From Eledone cirrhosa (taxonomy: Eukaryota): 64,000 nt of DNA. Each line of letters opens with the position of its first letter. The first letter of the stretch is position 1. Positions 52,180-64,000 of the stretch are shown in pieces. Made by a program: the position numbers and the translations under genes. Location: NCBI GenBank assembly GCA_964016885.1, contig OZ024763.1:9548001-9612000 (forward strand), written 5' to 3'. Under the pieces are notes generated by a model, which was not told the DNA's origin, did not search any database, and saw only the letters and a list, made by a program, of their open reading frames with translations.

Positions 52180-52390
52180 TTCTGATAGTCGGAAGCTTGT
52201 GAGTATCCTGACTCCCACCTGTGCAGTCATTTCTGGCACCACACCTGAATAGTGAAATTTCCATCTTCCATCCAAAGCTACAGTGTCAAAGCCACGGAAC
52301 TTTGTTGAGGAAACCCGACTATATCTAGCTGGTAGCATCTAGCCTCCTCCACTAGTTCCTGCTTACCTGTAAGAGTTCAAAATGTTATCT
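52180..52390 (-). mobile_element. RTE-type AP-endonuclease N-terminal fragment
   Basis: QELVEEARCYQLDIVG.SSTK.RG..TV.LDGRWKFHYSGV....AQVGV. Confidence 0.7.
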
Positions 52391-53519
52391 TTTACAACTG
52401 TAGCAGAGCTACTTGTTTGGCGTGTATCAATAATCTATCCAGGCATGATTTGGCTAAAGTCAAACAAATCGTAAGCCGAGTATGGATATATATCAACTTC
52501 AGCCATCTCAAAGGTTTTCCTGCTTCTTTGGTAAAAACTAGCCTCTTGCTGCTTTGGACTATGAAAGGTAAACACGCTATTATGTAATGGTGAGATTTTC
52601 ACTTTGGCCTGTCGTTCTCCTTAGACCAGGCCTTCGTACTTCTTGGTTCTTAATTTTGTTTGTATCTTTTTGAATGGCATGCCTGCTTAACTTTTGTAAT
52701 CAGTTGTAAATAAAACTTGTAAAAATATTATCGGGTGTTATAATGTTTTTACTCACCTGATCAATGAAACAATTGTTAATACTGTAAATAAAACCCTTTT
52801 TATACAGCCGACCGTGTTATTCTTCACTCTTTCACTACTATATATATATATATTTAATACAATAACAGAGATAGTTTAAAGCTAAACTCTGACTGGTAAC
52901 CATCTCACTCAACAAACATTAGGTTATATTAAAATATAGACCCAATTTAAGTGTTTGGGGTGCTAACAATATGTATAATGTGGAAAAACCAGTTGTATTA
53001 TTTTATGAGATATAATTAAAGTTAAAGTATATCTCTCTTTCCAAACAATTGTTTCATTAAAGTTTTCTACAAGTTTGGGAGAATGTTTCCAGTTTATGTA
53101 GAAGCCTAATATATATTCATGTAAGAATATATTTAGGTGGGCACTTATAAATCATCAGTGGAAGCCCATTAAACATTGATATAAGAAAACAATTTCTTAC
53201 CGCTGTCAAAATCATGTCCATAAAGTTGGTCTCTCTCACCTCGAATGACCGCCAAATTTGAAATTCCAGCAGTTTTTGACTGAGGAAGTATCATAGCGAC
53301 ACGAAGCGGGAAGGGGAGACAACCCACGAAATGAGGAAAAAAAATAATATACACGCGGGTTAATTAGTTTTTTTGAAAACATTATCAATCCAACGTGTTT
53401 AAGAACTCAATTGAAAATAAAAAAATAAATATATGCTTGTATAAATTACACACGCATATAGATATTTTCTTAGGCTAAATCAGAATATATATATATGTGT
53501 GTGTGTGTGTGTGTATGTG

Positions 53520-53803
53520 TAGATGGTGAGTAATATTGTAGAACAATAAAACTATGCATATATCAGATAAGTAGCACTCAAAGTTGGTAGAACTGGAGTA
53601 TATATAATAAAGAAGAAATTAAAATATGTAGACTTAGCTCTTTCCTGTAAACAAGTGCTATTATGCCTCATATCATTGTACCTTATTTTATCTGATGAGA
53701 ACACAATTTTTGTCCCAGGATGATTTTGTATTTGAAATACGCATAATAAAATATATGGAACTCTTTTAACCATCTTTTAATTTCTTCTTTATTATATATA
53801 TAT
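53520..53803. mobile_element. PLE-type insert with hammerhead (53684-53753, +) and inverted tail-bearing arm
   Basis: tattttat CTGATGA .. GAA ATACGCAT A ataaaata; same family as 8058; tatataataaagaagaaattaaaa is inverted at 53775-53800. Confidence 0.8.
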
Positions 53804-53809
53804 ATGATG

Positions 53810-54277
53810 GACTCTCACGTTGATTTCGATGTAAGAGGATCCGTACAACCTATTCAGTTTGGATGTTTATGTTGGACATGGCATTTTTTACTTGGAAACA
53901 AGGGTGAGGTTTACTGGATAATGTTGCTGGCATGTTTGATAATGCTTTTCTCCTCCCTCTTGCTTCTTGTAGGTGATGGATACAACCGGACTTGAAATTC
54001 TTGATCCCATTATGATATACAGATCGCCAGTTCTTCCACTACAAGGCTACTTGCTCAAATGTCTCATAAGATATATTGGTTGCTGAACGATTACTCTTCA
54101 GTTTGTCTTTGTACAACGGCCTTCCAGCATTTCTTTATCCACCATCAAGCTGGCTGTAACATGATGACTTTTAGTATTCTTTTGTCACTCATTCTGATGA
54201 CATGGCCAACCCAGCGTACTTGTGATTTCATAAGAAAGGTTTCAATGCCTCCAATCTTGCACTTAGTGAAAAGGTCA
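53810..54277 (-). mobile_element. BovB-like RTE 3' fragment
   Basis: GIETFLMKSQVRWVGHVIRMSDKRILK. Confidence 0.75.
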
Positions 54278-55815
54278 GTATGTATATATATGTGTGAAAG
54301 TATGTATATATGTGTGAATGTATGTATATATGTGTGAATGTATGTATATATGTGGGAAAGTATGTATATATGTGTATATGTGTGAATGTATGTATATATG
54401 TGTGAATGTATGTATATATGTGTGAATGTATGTATATATGTGTGAATGTATGTATATATGTGTATTTGTGTGAATGTATGTATATATGTGTGAAAGTATA
54501 TATATATGTGTGAATGTATGTATATATGTGTGAAAGTATGTATATATGTGTGAATGTATGTATATATGTGTGAATGTATGTATATATGTGTGAAAGTATA
54601 TATATATGTGTGAATGTATGTATATATGTGTGAAAGTATGTATATATGTATGAATGTATGTATATATGTGTGAATGTATGTATATATGTGTGAATGTATG
54701 TATATATGTGTGAATGTGTGTATATATGTGTGAATGTGTGTATATATGTGTGAATGTATGTATATATGTGTGAAAGTATGTATATATGTGTGAAAGTATG
54801 TATATATGTGTGAATGTGTGTATATATGTGTGAATGTGTGTATATATGTGTGAATGTGTGTATATATGTGTGAAAGTATATATATATGTGTGAATGTGTG
54901 TATATATGTGTGAATGTGTGTATATATGTGTGAATGTATGTATATATGTGTGAATGTATGTATATATGTGTGAATGTATGTATATATGTGTGAAAGTATG
55001 TATATATGTGTGAATGTATGTATATATGTGTGAATGTATGTATATATGTGTGAATGTGTGTATATATGTGTGAATGTATGTATATATGTGTGAAAGTATG
55101 TATATATGTGTGAAAGTATGTATATATGTGTGAATGTGTGTATATATGTGTGAATGTGTGTATATATGTGTGAATGTGTGTATATATGTGTGAATGTGTG
55201 TATATATGTGTGAATGTGTGTATATATGTGTGAATGTGTGTATATATGTGTGAATGTGTGTATATATGTGTGAATGTATGTATATATGTGTGATTGTGTG
55301 TATATATGTGTGAATGTGTGTATATATGTGTGAATGTGTGTATATGTGTGAATGTGTGTATATATGTGTGAATGTATGTATATATGTGTGAATGTGTGTA
55401 TATATGTGTGAATGTGTGTATATGTGTGAATGTGTGTATATATGTGTGAATGTATGTATATATGTGTGAATGTGTGTATATATGTGTGAATGTGTGTATA
55501 TATGTGTGAATGTGTGTATATATGTGTGAATGTGTGTATATATGTGTGAATGTGTGTATATATGTGTGAATGTATGTATATATGTGTGAATGTATGTATA
55601 TATGTGTGAATGTGTGTATATATGTGTGAATGTATGTATATATGTGTGAATGTGTGTATATATGTGTGAATGTGTGTATATATGTGTGAATGTGTGTATA
55701 TATGTGTGAATGTATGTATATATGTGTGAATGTGTGTATATATGTGTGAATGTGTGTATATATGTGTGAATGTGTGTATATATGTGTGAAAGTATGTATA
55801 TATGTGTGAATGTGT
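54278..55815. repeat. 20-bp minisatellite (gtatgtatatatgtgtgaat), ~77 units
   Basis: Direct inspection; source of the 536/551-aa spurious ORFs. Confidence 0.97.
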
Positions 55816-55944
55816 GCGACGATATACCAGAAGTGCAACTTTGAAAAGAAGTCAATTTGAAATTATTTATTTTTACGAAATTATTTTTGTTTACGAAGTT
55901 TAGTAGATAAATTATGTAATATTCATTCATTATTTATTCAAAGT

Positions 55945-56125
55945 GAGGGGCGGTGGATTGGCAGAGGGTCGGACGCCATGCTTTGACGTGTAGAGTTACG
56001 GCCCTTGCCATTCTGAGTTCAAATCCCGCCAAGGTTAACTTTGCCTTTCATCCTTACGGGGTCGATAAAATAAAGTACCAGTCATGCACTGGGTAATTGC
56101 TGGCCTTGTGCCTAACGTAAAAACA
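55945..56125 (+). mobile_element. MetaSINE-like SINE with 16-bp target-site duplication, inside a Helitron-like 5' end
   Basis: TSD attatttattcaaagt at 55929-55944 and 56126-56141. Confidence 0.9.
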
Positions 56126-56576
56126 ATTATTTATTCAAAGTAATCCAATTTATTTTACTAACGGGATTAAAAGAAATAAACCGTACGCAATTCCACAGAC
56201 CTTCCTTTATTATAGTTTAGATTGAAGGGACAGGCGGGGTGGAATTGGAAAAAATATTTTGAGAGAAAAATAAAGTTAGCTGTCTCTAATACTTAGACTC
56301 CTCCAATACGGATTTTGGCTTAAATTTATTATTATTATTATTATTATTATTATCATTATATATAGTTTCAGAAGATCCCGTTAAGGGTGAAAGCAGCGAT
56401 TCTTTGCTTAAACTTTAATCCGTTATTTTAATATATAAATATATATCGTATAGTAATAATAATAAATTTGAAGACTAAAATCCAAAGAGGGCTCGATAAG
56501 GATAAATATATATCAAATATATAAGAACCGTAGAGCAAATACGTTATTAATCTGTTATTTTAATAAATATATATAT

Positions 56577-56767
56577 ATAGGAACGAGTAGGACCCCGACG
56601 GCTGAGCTCAAGCCGTTTCGACGGCTAATTCCAGAATTAGCCGTCGAAACGGCTTGAGCTCAGCCGTCGGGGTCCTACTCGTTCCTATTACCCACTCTAC
56701 TACCCTAAGTATTCAGTACTTTGGTGCGTTATGGTCCACCTGGTTCCTTACCACATTTCCTTCGTTA
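56577..56767. mobile_element. Perfect 55-bp-arm palindrome plus tail; hammerhead 3' half
   Basis: Arms 56577-56631 / 56634-56688; GAAACGGCT-tgagctc-AGCCGTC; family of 2468-2575. Confidence 0.75.
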
Positions 56768-56816
56768 TATATATATATATATGAAAAATGGCGTGCTGCG
56801 TTGTTGCAAATGGGAT

Positions 56817-57100
56817 ACATATGAATAAAATTAGAGCAAGAAGACAGGACTGTCCGTCATCAGTGATCTTCCAGCCATCATCGGTATTTCTTTGCATTAA
56901 AAACCATATACCTTACCATCCCTGTTTGTTTACATGTCTCGCTTTCTCCACCCAATTCTTTTAGTCCCAATAACTTTTTTTTAGTTATTGCTCGCACCTG
57001 CCTGAGGTATATGGTTTTTAATGCGAAGAAATACCGATGGTGGCTGGAAGATCACTGATGACGGACAGTCCTGTCTTCTTGCTCTAATTTTATACATATA
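56817..57100. repeat. Inverted repeat, ~95-bp arms with ~90-bp spacer, between (TA)n tracts
   Basis: 56817-56912 versus 57004-57100. Confidence 0.85.
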
Positions 57101-57425
57101 TATATATACAAATTCTACTCATAAGATATTGGTCATTTGATCAACCGAAGTACTATAGTAAAAGGTACTTGCCCCCCTGGGGTGCCATACAGAAAGATTG
57201 AACCCGGATTCAACAGTCACGTCTGTTATATTTTAAACTTTTGTTTGAAAACTGTTTTCTTTCAATCATTTCTAATTTAGGAGTAAGGATATTAAAAAAA
57301 AAATACTGCTAACTTTTGTGAGTGATTTTAATTCCACAAATGTTTGTAAACAAGTTTCAACAGTAATTGTTTTTTTGTCGATAACATTTAAATATTTAAA
57401 TTAGATATATATATATAAAGTATAC

Positions 57426-57548
57426 AATAATTGTGTCTACTTTTGGCACAAGGCCATCAATTACCCCAGTACATTACTGGTACTTTATTTTATCGACCCC
57501 GTAAGGATGAAAGGCAAAGTTAACCTCGGCGGGATTTGAACTCAGACT
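57426..57548 (-). mobile_element. MetaSINE-like SINE fragment
   Basis: Same central block; further pieces at 9560, 49730, 51505 and 63078. Confidence 0.8.
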
Positions 57549-57835
57549 GTAAACTCAAGTCTACAATAATTCAAATATAAGAAAAAAAAAGAGAAAAATA
57601 AAGACGGAAATAACGTAGGAATAAATTAAACAAACAAGATAAAGCAATTATTTTAACATGTTTTCTATAATTCTCAACACTTCAATGTATTTCTATGTTC
57701 TCTCTCTCATTTTTTTCTGAAATTGTTTGATTAGTTAATTAATTAATTAAATAATAGATAGAGGAAGGTGCGGGGGTGAGTCGATAAGTAAATTTTGGTT
57801 ATTAATCGTTAAAAATGATTAATTAGTTGACTTAC

Positions 57836-57996
57836 CCGGTCACTGGCGGACAGGTGAGAGAGAGAATATACGTATATTTGTTTGTATATAAAAGAAGACG
57901 ATTGAAGAGTTTTTAAAATATTATTTTTGCAGACGACAAATTTCCTCCGTCTTCGTCGACAACAATAACGAGGGGGGGAGGAGCAAGTCACGTGAC
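57836..57996 (-). promoter_or_regulatory. Candidate promoter and non-coding first exon of a minus-strand gene
   Basis: CpG-retaining unique DNA; perfect E-box palindrome GTCACGTGAC at 57987-57996; consensus donor CGG|GTAAGT at 57836/57835. Confidence 0.45.
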
Positions 57997-58957
57997 AACT
58001 AGGAGTTTGACAGTGTGAGGGAGAGGAGAGTAAGGGGAGGTAGTATGAGGATTCTTATGAGTGGGAGCAGGAAGAAAGAAAAAAAGAGAGGAAGTGCGGA
58101 GTAGGAGAGAAGAGGGAAGTGTGTTAGTAAGTGAAGTTTAGTGAGTGAGAGGAGGAGGAGAAAGAAAGCCGGTGGAGAGTATAAGGGAGAAGGAAGAGGA
58201 GGGATGGTGAGGTAGTAAGTGTGCTGTGGTGAGTGAAAGTAGGAGGAGAAAGAGGGAGAGAAATCAGAGGAGGAATAGTATGGAAGTAAGTGAATAATTC
58301 TGAATGGGAGTGAGAGTGACAATATGGAAGAAGAGAAGGATGAGGAAGGCGGGACGGAAATGGAGACAGAAGCAGACGACAATAGTAGGAAAATAAACTT
58401 TAAACATTCTATAAATTAATTAATTAAATGAATAAAACAATATTAAAAAAATTGTAAGGGAGAGGTGACCAATGTACGGGAGTAGGAGGAAGAATGAGAA
58501 AATCAGACAAAACTAAACAAGACAAAACAAAACGAAAAGAGAAAAATGGAAGGGCAGGAGACGGACGGAAATTCGATTAAAGGGTCAGCCTTGTCACAGT
58601 GTCACACTGAATCTCTCTGACAATTACATTAAAGATACACGTGTCTGTGGAATGCTCAGTCACCTGCACTACAACACAAGATAGACAGTACCTTTAATTT
58701 ATTTGAAGGGACAACCCTGTCACACACACACATTGTGTCACACTGAATCTTCCTGAGGATTACATTAAAGGTTCATGTGTCTGAGGAATGCTCAGTCACT
58801 TGCCCGTTGATCGAACAGTTGGAACACTCATCGAAACCCATGGAGGTCCACCGCAGTCCTTTTTTTTTTTTTTTACAAAGGAACTATATTTTTGCTAGTT
58901 CACCTCTCCATAGTACTCTTAACTTTCGATTATTTACTTATTGACCTCATTAAACAT

Positions 58958-59225
58958 ATCGTCACCACCATCATCGTTATCATTGTCATCATCACCAATT
59001 CATTCATCATTGCCGCTACCGTCATTATCACCACCACCACTTCCATCACCACCACTATCACCGCCTCCACTTCCACCACTGCCACCACTTCTATCACCAC
59101 CACCACCATCACCGTCACCATTTCCATCACCGCCTCCACTTCCATCACCACCGTCACCACTTCCATCACAGCCACCACCACCATGACCGTCACCATTTCC
59201 ATCACCACCTCCACTTCCACCACTT
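58958..59225. repeat. (CAC/CAT)n trinucleotide-like repeat
   Basis: Direct inspection. Confidence 0.9.
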
Positions 59226-60173
59226 CACATTACACGCTGCTTGCTTCTAACATTTAAAGTTGTTTTTTCTTCTTCTAACCATCAAGCTTGGACATGCTGC
59301 CGACTTAGACGTAAGAACTCACCGCACGTTCTCTCAATATTTCGAATCAATGACATTGTACACTTGTGCCATCAATACTTCTTTCTAGCATTGGCCAGCA
59401 ATTTGGGGGAAGGAGAAAATCGATAATATTGACCCAGTACATAACTGATACTTTATTTTATCGGCTAGACAGCAATAGCGTTTAATGTATGAGTATATAA
59501 TTTTGAAGTTCAGGATTAGCATGCCATATATACCAGAATTACAGGATAGATGACCAATCATACAGTCGGAAAAATATGTTTTGATAAATTTATGGTTTAA
59601 ATAAGATAAACCTTATACTTTATGTCGATTATTGGTATGATGTGATTAAAGATAAAAATGATGTTTTAATAATTTATTTCTAGAATATAAATGAATGTGC
59701 AAATGACATACAAGATTAAAAATATAAATAACTTTGGAGAAATAACTATTGTGGCAAATGTAGGTTTAGAACGCAAGGAAGCTGTTAAAATAGCAAGATA
59801 CGGTTAATGTCGATGTCGGGTATAATTTCAGCGGTTAGAAGTATGTTGGCCTGCATAAGTGAGAGGAAGAAACGAGAAAAGGAATACAATGGAATAAAAG
59901 CTGATGAGAGTATTTAAATGTTTGTGAGATCTCCTTTCGCCCATTTTATTCCTTTTCATTTAAACGAGGCTATAAGTTTAAAATGTAATTATGAAGAAAT
60001 AATAGAGAAATGATACAGACCATCTCCCGCGATGTACAGCCATATGACATTTATCTAATTATTTCTTTTAGCCTGTAGAAATTGACTAGACAAATAATTA
60101 ACTACACGGAGTTAGGTACAAAATAGAAGTTTGATATATATATATAATATGTATGTATATATATATATATATA

Positions 60174-61253
60174 TCATCATCATCATCTTCTTCGTTTAAC
60201 GTCCATCACGCTAGCCCTTCCTAACACCAACCACATTTACAGTGTCGAACTGGGAACTTTTTACCGTGTTACCTACACGACCACATTACAGGGTGGGCTG
60301 TGTGGTTTTTGTCGTGACACCGACACGATCTCGATCTCATTATCTCATTTATTTGGACTGGATATTGTGGTACCAACTTTACAGAGAAAGGGTGGTGTTG
60401 GTGGGAGTGGGAGGATGGAGTAGGGGTAGTGGATTAGGGTGTATTTTTGGTTAAGAGGTGCCTACTGACTGTAGGTTTCGATTTGTACATAGACAAGGCG
60501 GGTCTTCTGTATTACTGCGTAGCGCCAAAGATCTCGGCCCAGTGACATTGTCTTAGAGAGGTGCAAGTGTGTAAGGTCTGAATTTATCAGATCGTCCCAG
60601 GTTTTTCTGGGTCTATCTACTCCGTAACTACCATCAATTTTGATCGCCCTGCACTTTTTTTATGCAGCTGTCGTCTTTCATTCGCATCACATGACCATAC
60701 CAACGTAATCACCTCTCAAGTAAACAGCATATGATCCCTCTTATTCCTAATTTCTCACTTAGTTCATTTATGCTTTGCCGTTCACGTATATTACTATCAC
60801 ACATCCAACGGAGCATGCATGCTTCGTTCCTTTCCAATCTGTGCAGGTCCTCTGCACGTAATGCCCATGTTTCACTGCCATGTAGCATTGCTGTTCGTAT
60901 ACAGGCATCATACAATCTGCATTTCATTTTTAGAGAGAAACCTTTTGTGGCCAACATCGGTATAAGCTCACTGAACTTTTTCCATCCCGTTCTGACTCTG
61001 GCTACTGTACTTTCAGAACACCCTCCACCACTGCTGATTTTGTCACCCAGGTAACAGAAAATGTCCACTATTTCTATAGAACCATCTGGGCAATAGAAGG
61101 AGCTAGTATCCTGTGGGCACTTGCTACTTATTGCACCTGAGCATCGGCCACATATAAAGTCTACGTTCTTAGATAGTTTACCTGTGATCCCACTACATCT
61201 TTTATGTACCCATACTTTGCATTTGGGACATAATATGGAATTTCTACCTACTC

Positions 61254-61255
<2 letters not shown>
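60174..61255 (-). mobile_element. RTE subfamily A, 5'-truncated
   Basis: ORF 60709-61068 and PHD region; (GAT)n tail. Confidence 0.9.
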
Positions 61256-61299
<44 letters not shown>

Positions 61300-61491
61300 C
61301 CATGGGCCCAGCAGTATGTGTCAATAATTGTCACAAGTGTAGTGTTTGTACCAGAGTTTTCAAGTCGCTGGCTGGACTAAAAAGTCACACTCGTTCAGTG
61401 CATCGGTAAGGGTTCTCCTACATGGATATAAAGTAGTGGCCGTACTCGAAAACGAGTTGGCAGCCACCATATATATATATATATATATATA

Positions 61492-63002
61492 TATTGAGAT
61501 TGATGAATATAGGGTCCAAGAGGCAGTTAAGGAAATGAAAAATGGTAAGGCCGCTGTACCATCGGGGATAGTTGCTGAGATGCTGAAGGCATGAGGAGAA
61601 GTAGACACTAAACTGGTTGCACGCATCGTCAATCAGGCTATATATGGTGGTATCATACCCCAAGACTGGTGCAGCAGTATTCTCATAAATTGCTACAAAG
61701 GTAAAGGGGATGCTTTGGAGAGGAGCAATTATAGGGGCATAAAACTGATGGATCAGGTTATGAAAGTGGCAGAGAGAATATTAGCGCAACTAATTAGAGA
61801 AAGGATCAAATTAGATGAGATGCAGTTTGGTTTTGTGCCTGGGAATAGTACTACAGACAACTACACGAGAGGTTCTTAGAGAAGAATAAGCCACTGTACT
61901 CAGCTTTTGTTGACCTAGAGAAGGCCTTTGAAAGAGTACCCCGATGTGTTATCTGGTGGTCCCTAAGGAAACTAGGTGTTGAGGAAGGGCTTGTGGGGAC
62001 AGTGCAAGCTTTGTACAGAGGTGCTGTCAGTAAAGTGAGGGTAGGAATGGAGTTTAGTGAGGAATTCCAGGTAGTCCTCCAAGCCATAACAGAAGAGTTT
62101 AAGACTGGCTGCCCATGGGAACTTCTCTATGCTGATGATCTGGTTCTTATAGCAGAATCAGTAGAGGAGCTAGAGAAGAAATTTTGGCTATGGAAACAAG
62201 GAACTGGCATAAATTCTATAAAATGTAGATAATGCAGATCTTGGTTACAAAAGAGATGTAGTGGGATAGCAGGCAAACTAACAGGTAGGGAAAAATACGT
62301 ATGCACTAGATGTACAGGGAAATTTGACAGTAGAAGTCGCATTGATAGACACATTTTTCAAATGTAGGTAGGTTCTATAGAAGTGGTTGATAGCTTCCGG
62401 TACCTAGGTGATCAGATTAGCATGGGAGGAGGGTGTTCCGAGGCCATAGTATCTAGAATAAGGATGGGTTGGAAGAAGTTTAGGGAACTGCTTCCTCTGT
62501 TGACAAAGAAAGGTTTCTCCCTGCGTACGAAATGCCGGTTATATTTATGCCTGTGTCAGATGCGCGATGCTGCATGGTAGTGAGACATGGGCAGCAACTG
62601 CAGAGGATATGCGACGGCTGCAGAGAAATGAAGCAAGCATGCTCCGTTGGATGTGTAATGTCAATGTGCGTGAGCGACCGAGCATGGATGTGTTGAGAGA
62701 GAAACTGTGTCTGAGAGGGATAGAATGTAGTGTGCGGGAGAGAAGACGGTAATGGTATGGACATGTGACATGCATGGAGGATGACCGCTGAGTAAAGAAG
62801 TGCCAAGAAATGCCAGTTGAAGGAAGACGCAGTAGAGGAAGACCACGAAAAACATGGGCGGAGTTGGTGAGAGTAGACCTCAGATTGCTGAAGTTCACGG
62901 AGATGACGAAGGACTGTGACAAGTGGAGAGATGCTGTGCTGAATAGGACCCGTCCCACCCTTGCAAGCAGGGAAATGCGGACGTATGATGATGATGATGA
63001 TG
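61492..63002 (+). mobile_element. RTE subfamily B, 5'-truncated with deletions
   Basis: EMKNGKAA, NYRGIKL, FVDLEKAF, LLYADD, GRPRKTW; (GAT)n tail. Confidence 0.92.
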
Positions 63003-63077
63003 TTCCTACTATTTTCTTTTTCTGTGATGTCCCCTTTCCTTTATTCATTGTAAACCTCACTCTGTCTTTAATGTGAT

Positions 63078-63285
63078 GGGCCATTGTGGTTGGGTAGCGC
63101 GTCGGATAACATGCTTTGCAGCATATAGTTACGTCCATTTATGTTCGATTTGAAATCCCACCGAAGTAAGCTTTCTCTTTCATCCTTACGGGGTCAATAA
63201 AATAAAGTACCAGTAACTCACTGGGGTTGATATAATCGACTTGCCTTCAAATTGCTGGCCTTGCGCTAAATGTAGAAGCAGTTAT
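63078..63285 (+). mobile_element. Older MetaSINE-like SINE
   Basis: tttcatccttacggggtcaataaaataaagtaccagt. Confidence 0.7.
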
Positions 63286-63845
63286 ATTTATTCTCGTCAC
63301 TGTCTATCGGATTTCCAAGTTACGGGCATCACCACGTTACCATAGTTACAGAAGGCGCGTAAATTTCAATACAGATTCTTCTAGTTTGACAAGATATGTA
63401 GATAATCTTTCTCACTCTCTTTTTCTCGCACACACACGCGTGCTCTCACTTCTTTCCCCCACTCTCTTGCACACTCACACTTGTCTCTGGCTCTTTCCAT
63501 CTCTTTGTCTAATTCCTCCTCTCTCTGATTTCCTTTCTCTCTCTCCATCTCTCTGTCTTTCCCTATCTTTGTCTCCCTTTTTCCCTTCCATCACTCACTC
63601 ACACCCTTTCATTCACTCCTGTTCACATCGTCTGCTTGTACACTCACAAACCATCTCTTTCTTCCTCTCACTCTATTCCCCCCCCCCCCCCCTCCATCGC
63701 TGCATGTCTATGTTTGTCTGTTTCCACATACAAAACGCTTTCTCTCTCTGATCCTCCGTCTCTTCTCTCTACCTTTCTTACAATCTCTCTTCTCTAGTTT
63801 TTCTTCTCTCTCGTCTTCATAAGATCCACTTCCACACACACACGC

Positions 63846-63904
<59 letters not shown>

Positions 63905-64000
63905 GCTTTGTCTTTCTCCCTGTCTGCATTTTTCTTTCTCCTCTCAGTCTCTCACCCTTTCTATCTACTTTCCCCTGTGTCTCTCTAGTATATCTTTCAC

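Noticed and set aside
52361-52375. Minus-strand ctcttacAG|GTAAGC as a recursive splice site
   Set aside because: Lies within an RTE endonuclease coding relic (LTGK codons), so probably coincidental.
54228-55930. 536- and 551-aa ORFs; regular repeat superficially like a CRISPR array
   Set aside because: Pure 20-bp tandem repeat with no unique spacers and no cas genes, in eukaryotic DNA.
57051-57080. CTGATGA in the 56817-57100 inverted repeat as a hammerhead
   Set aside because: No GAAA follows the small hairpin and no helix III or cleavage triplet can be built.

Overview
AT-rich, microsatellite-dense animal DNA; the SINE/LINE repertoire suggests an octopod cephalopod (inference). No intact multi-exon protein gene is visible. 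The window is mostly decayed mobile elements, many inserted into (TA)n tracts: (i) about 15 5'-truncated RTE-clade LINE pieces from at least 3 subfamilies that carry a PHD finger inside the RT region and end in (GAT)n; (ii) a CR1-clade LINE, BovB-like RTE pieces and a Tc1/mariner relic; (iii) four Helitron derivatives, two tRNA-derived SINE families and a tRNA-Glu pseudogene; (iv) Penelope-like element (PLE) RT and GIY-YIG fragments. The most striking signal is about 15-20 short, mostly non-coding inserts carrying type-I hammerhead ribozyme motifs (CTGANGA...GAAA...NTH) with a self-complementary helix III. Many are arranged as inverted arms in which the (TA)n-joined arm stops just before a conserved YRCTC...GAGYR hairpin that survives only on the inverted arm, a repeated footprint of PLE/retrozyme-type retrotransposition. 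A weakly supported minus-strand host gene may span the window: promoter and first exon near 57.9 kb, possible microexon at 52.77 kb, possible recursive splice site at 32.76 kb, candidate coding exon at 654-881. All structures were read by eye; no database searches or folding calculations were run.
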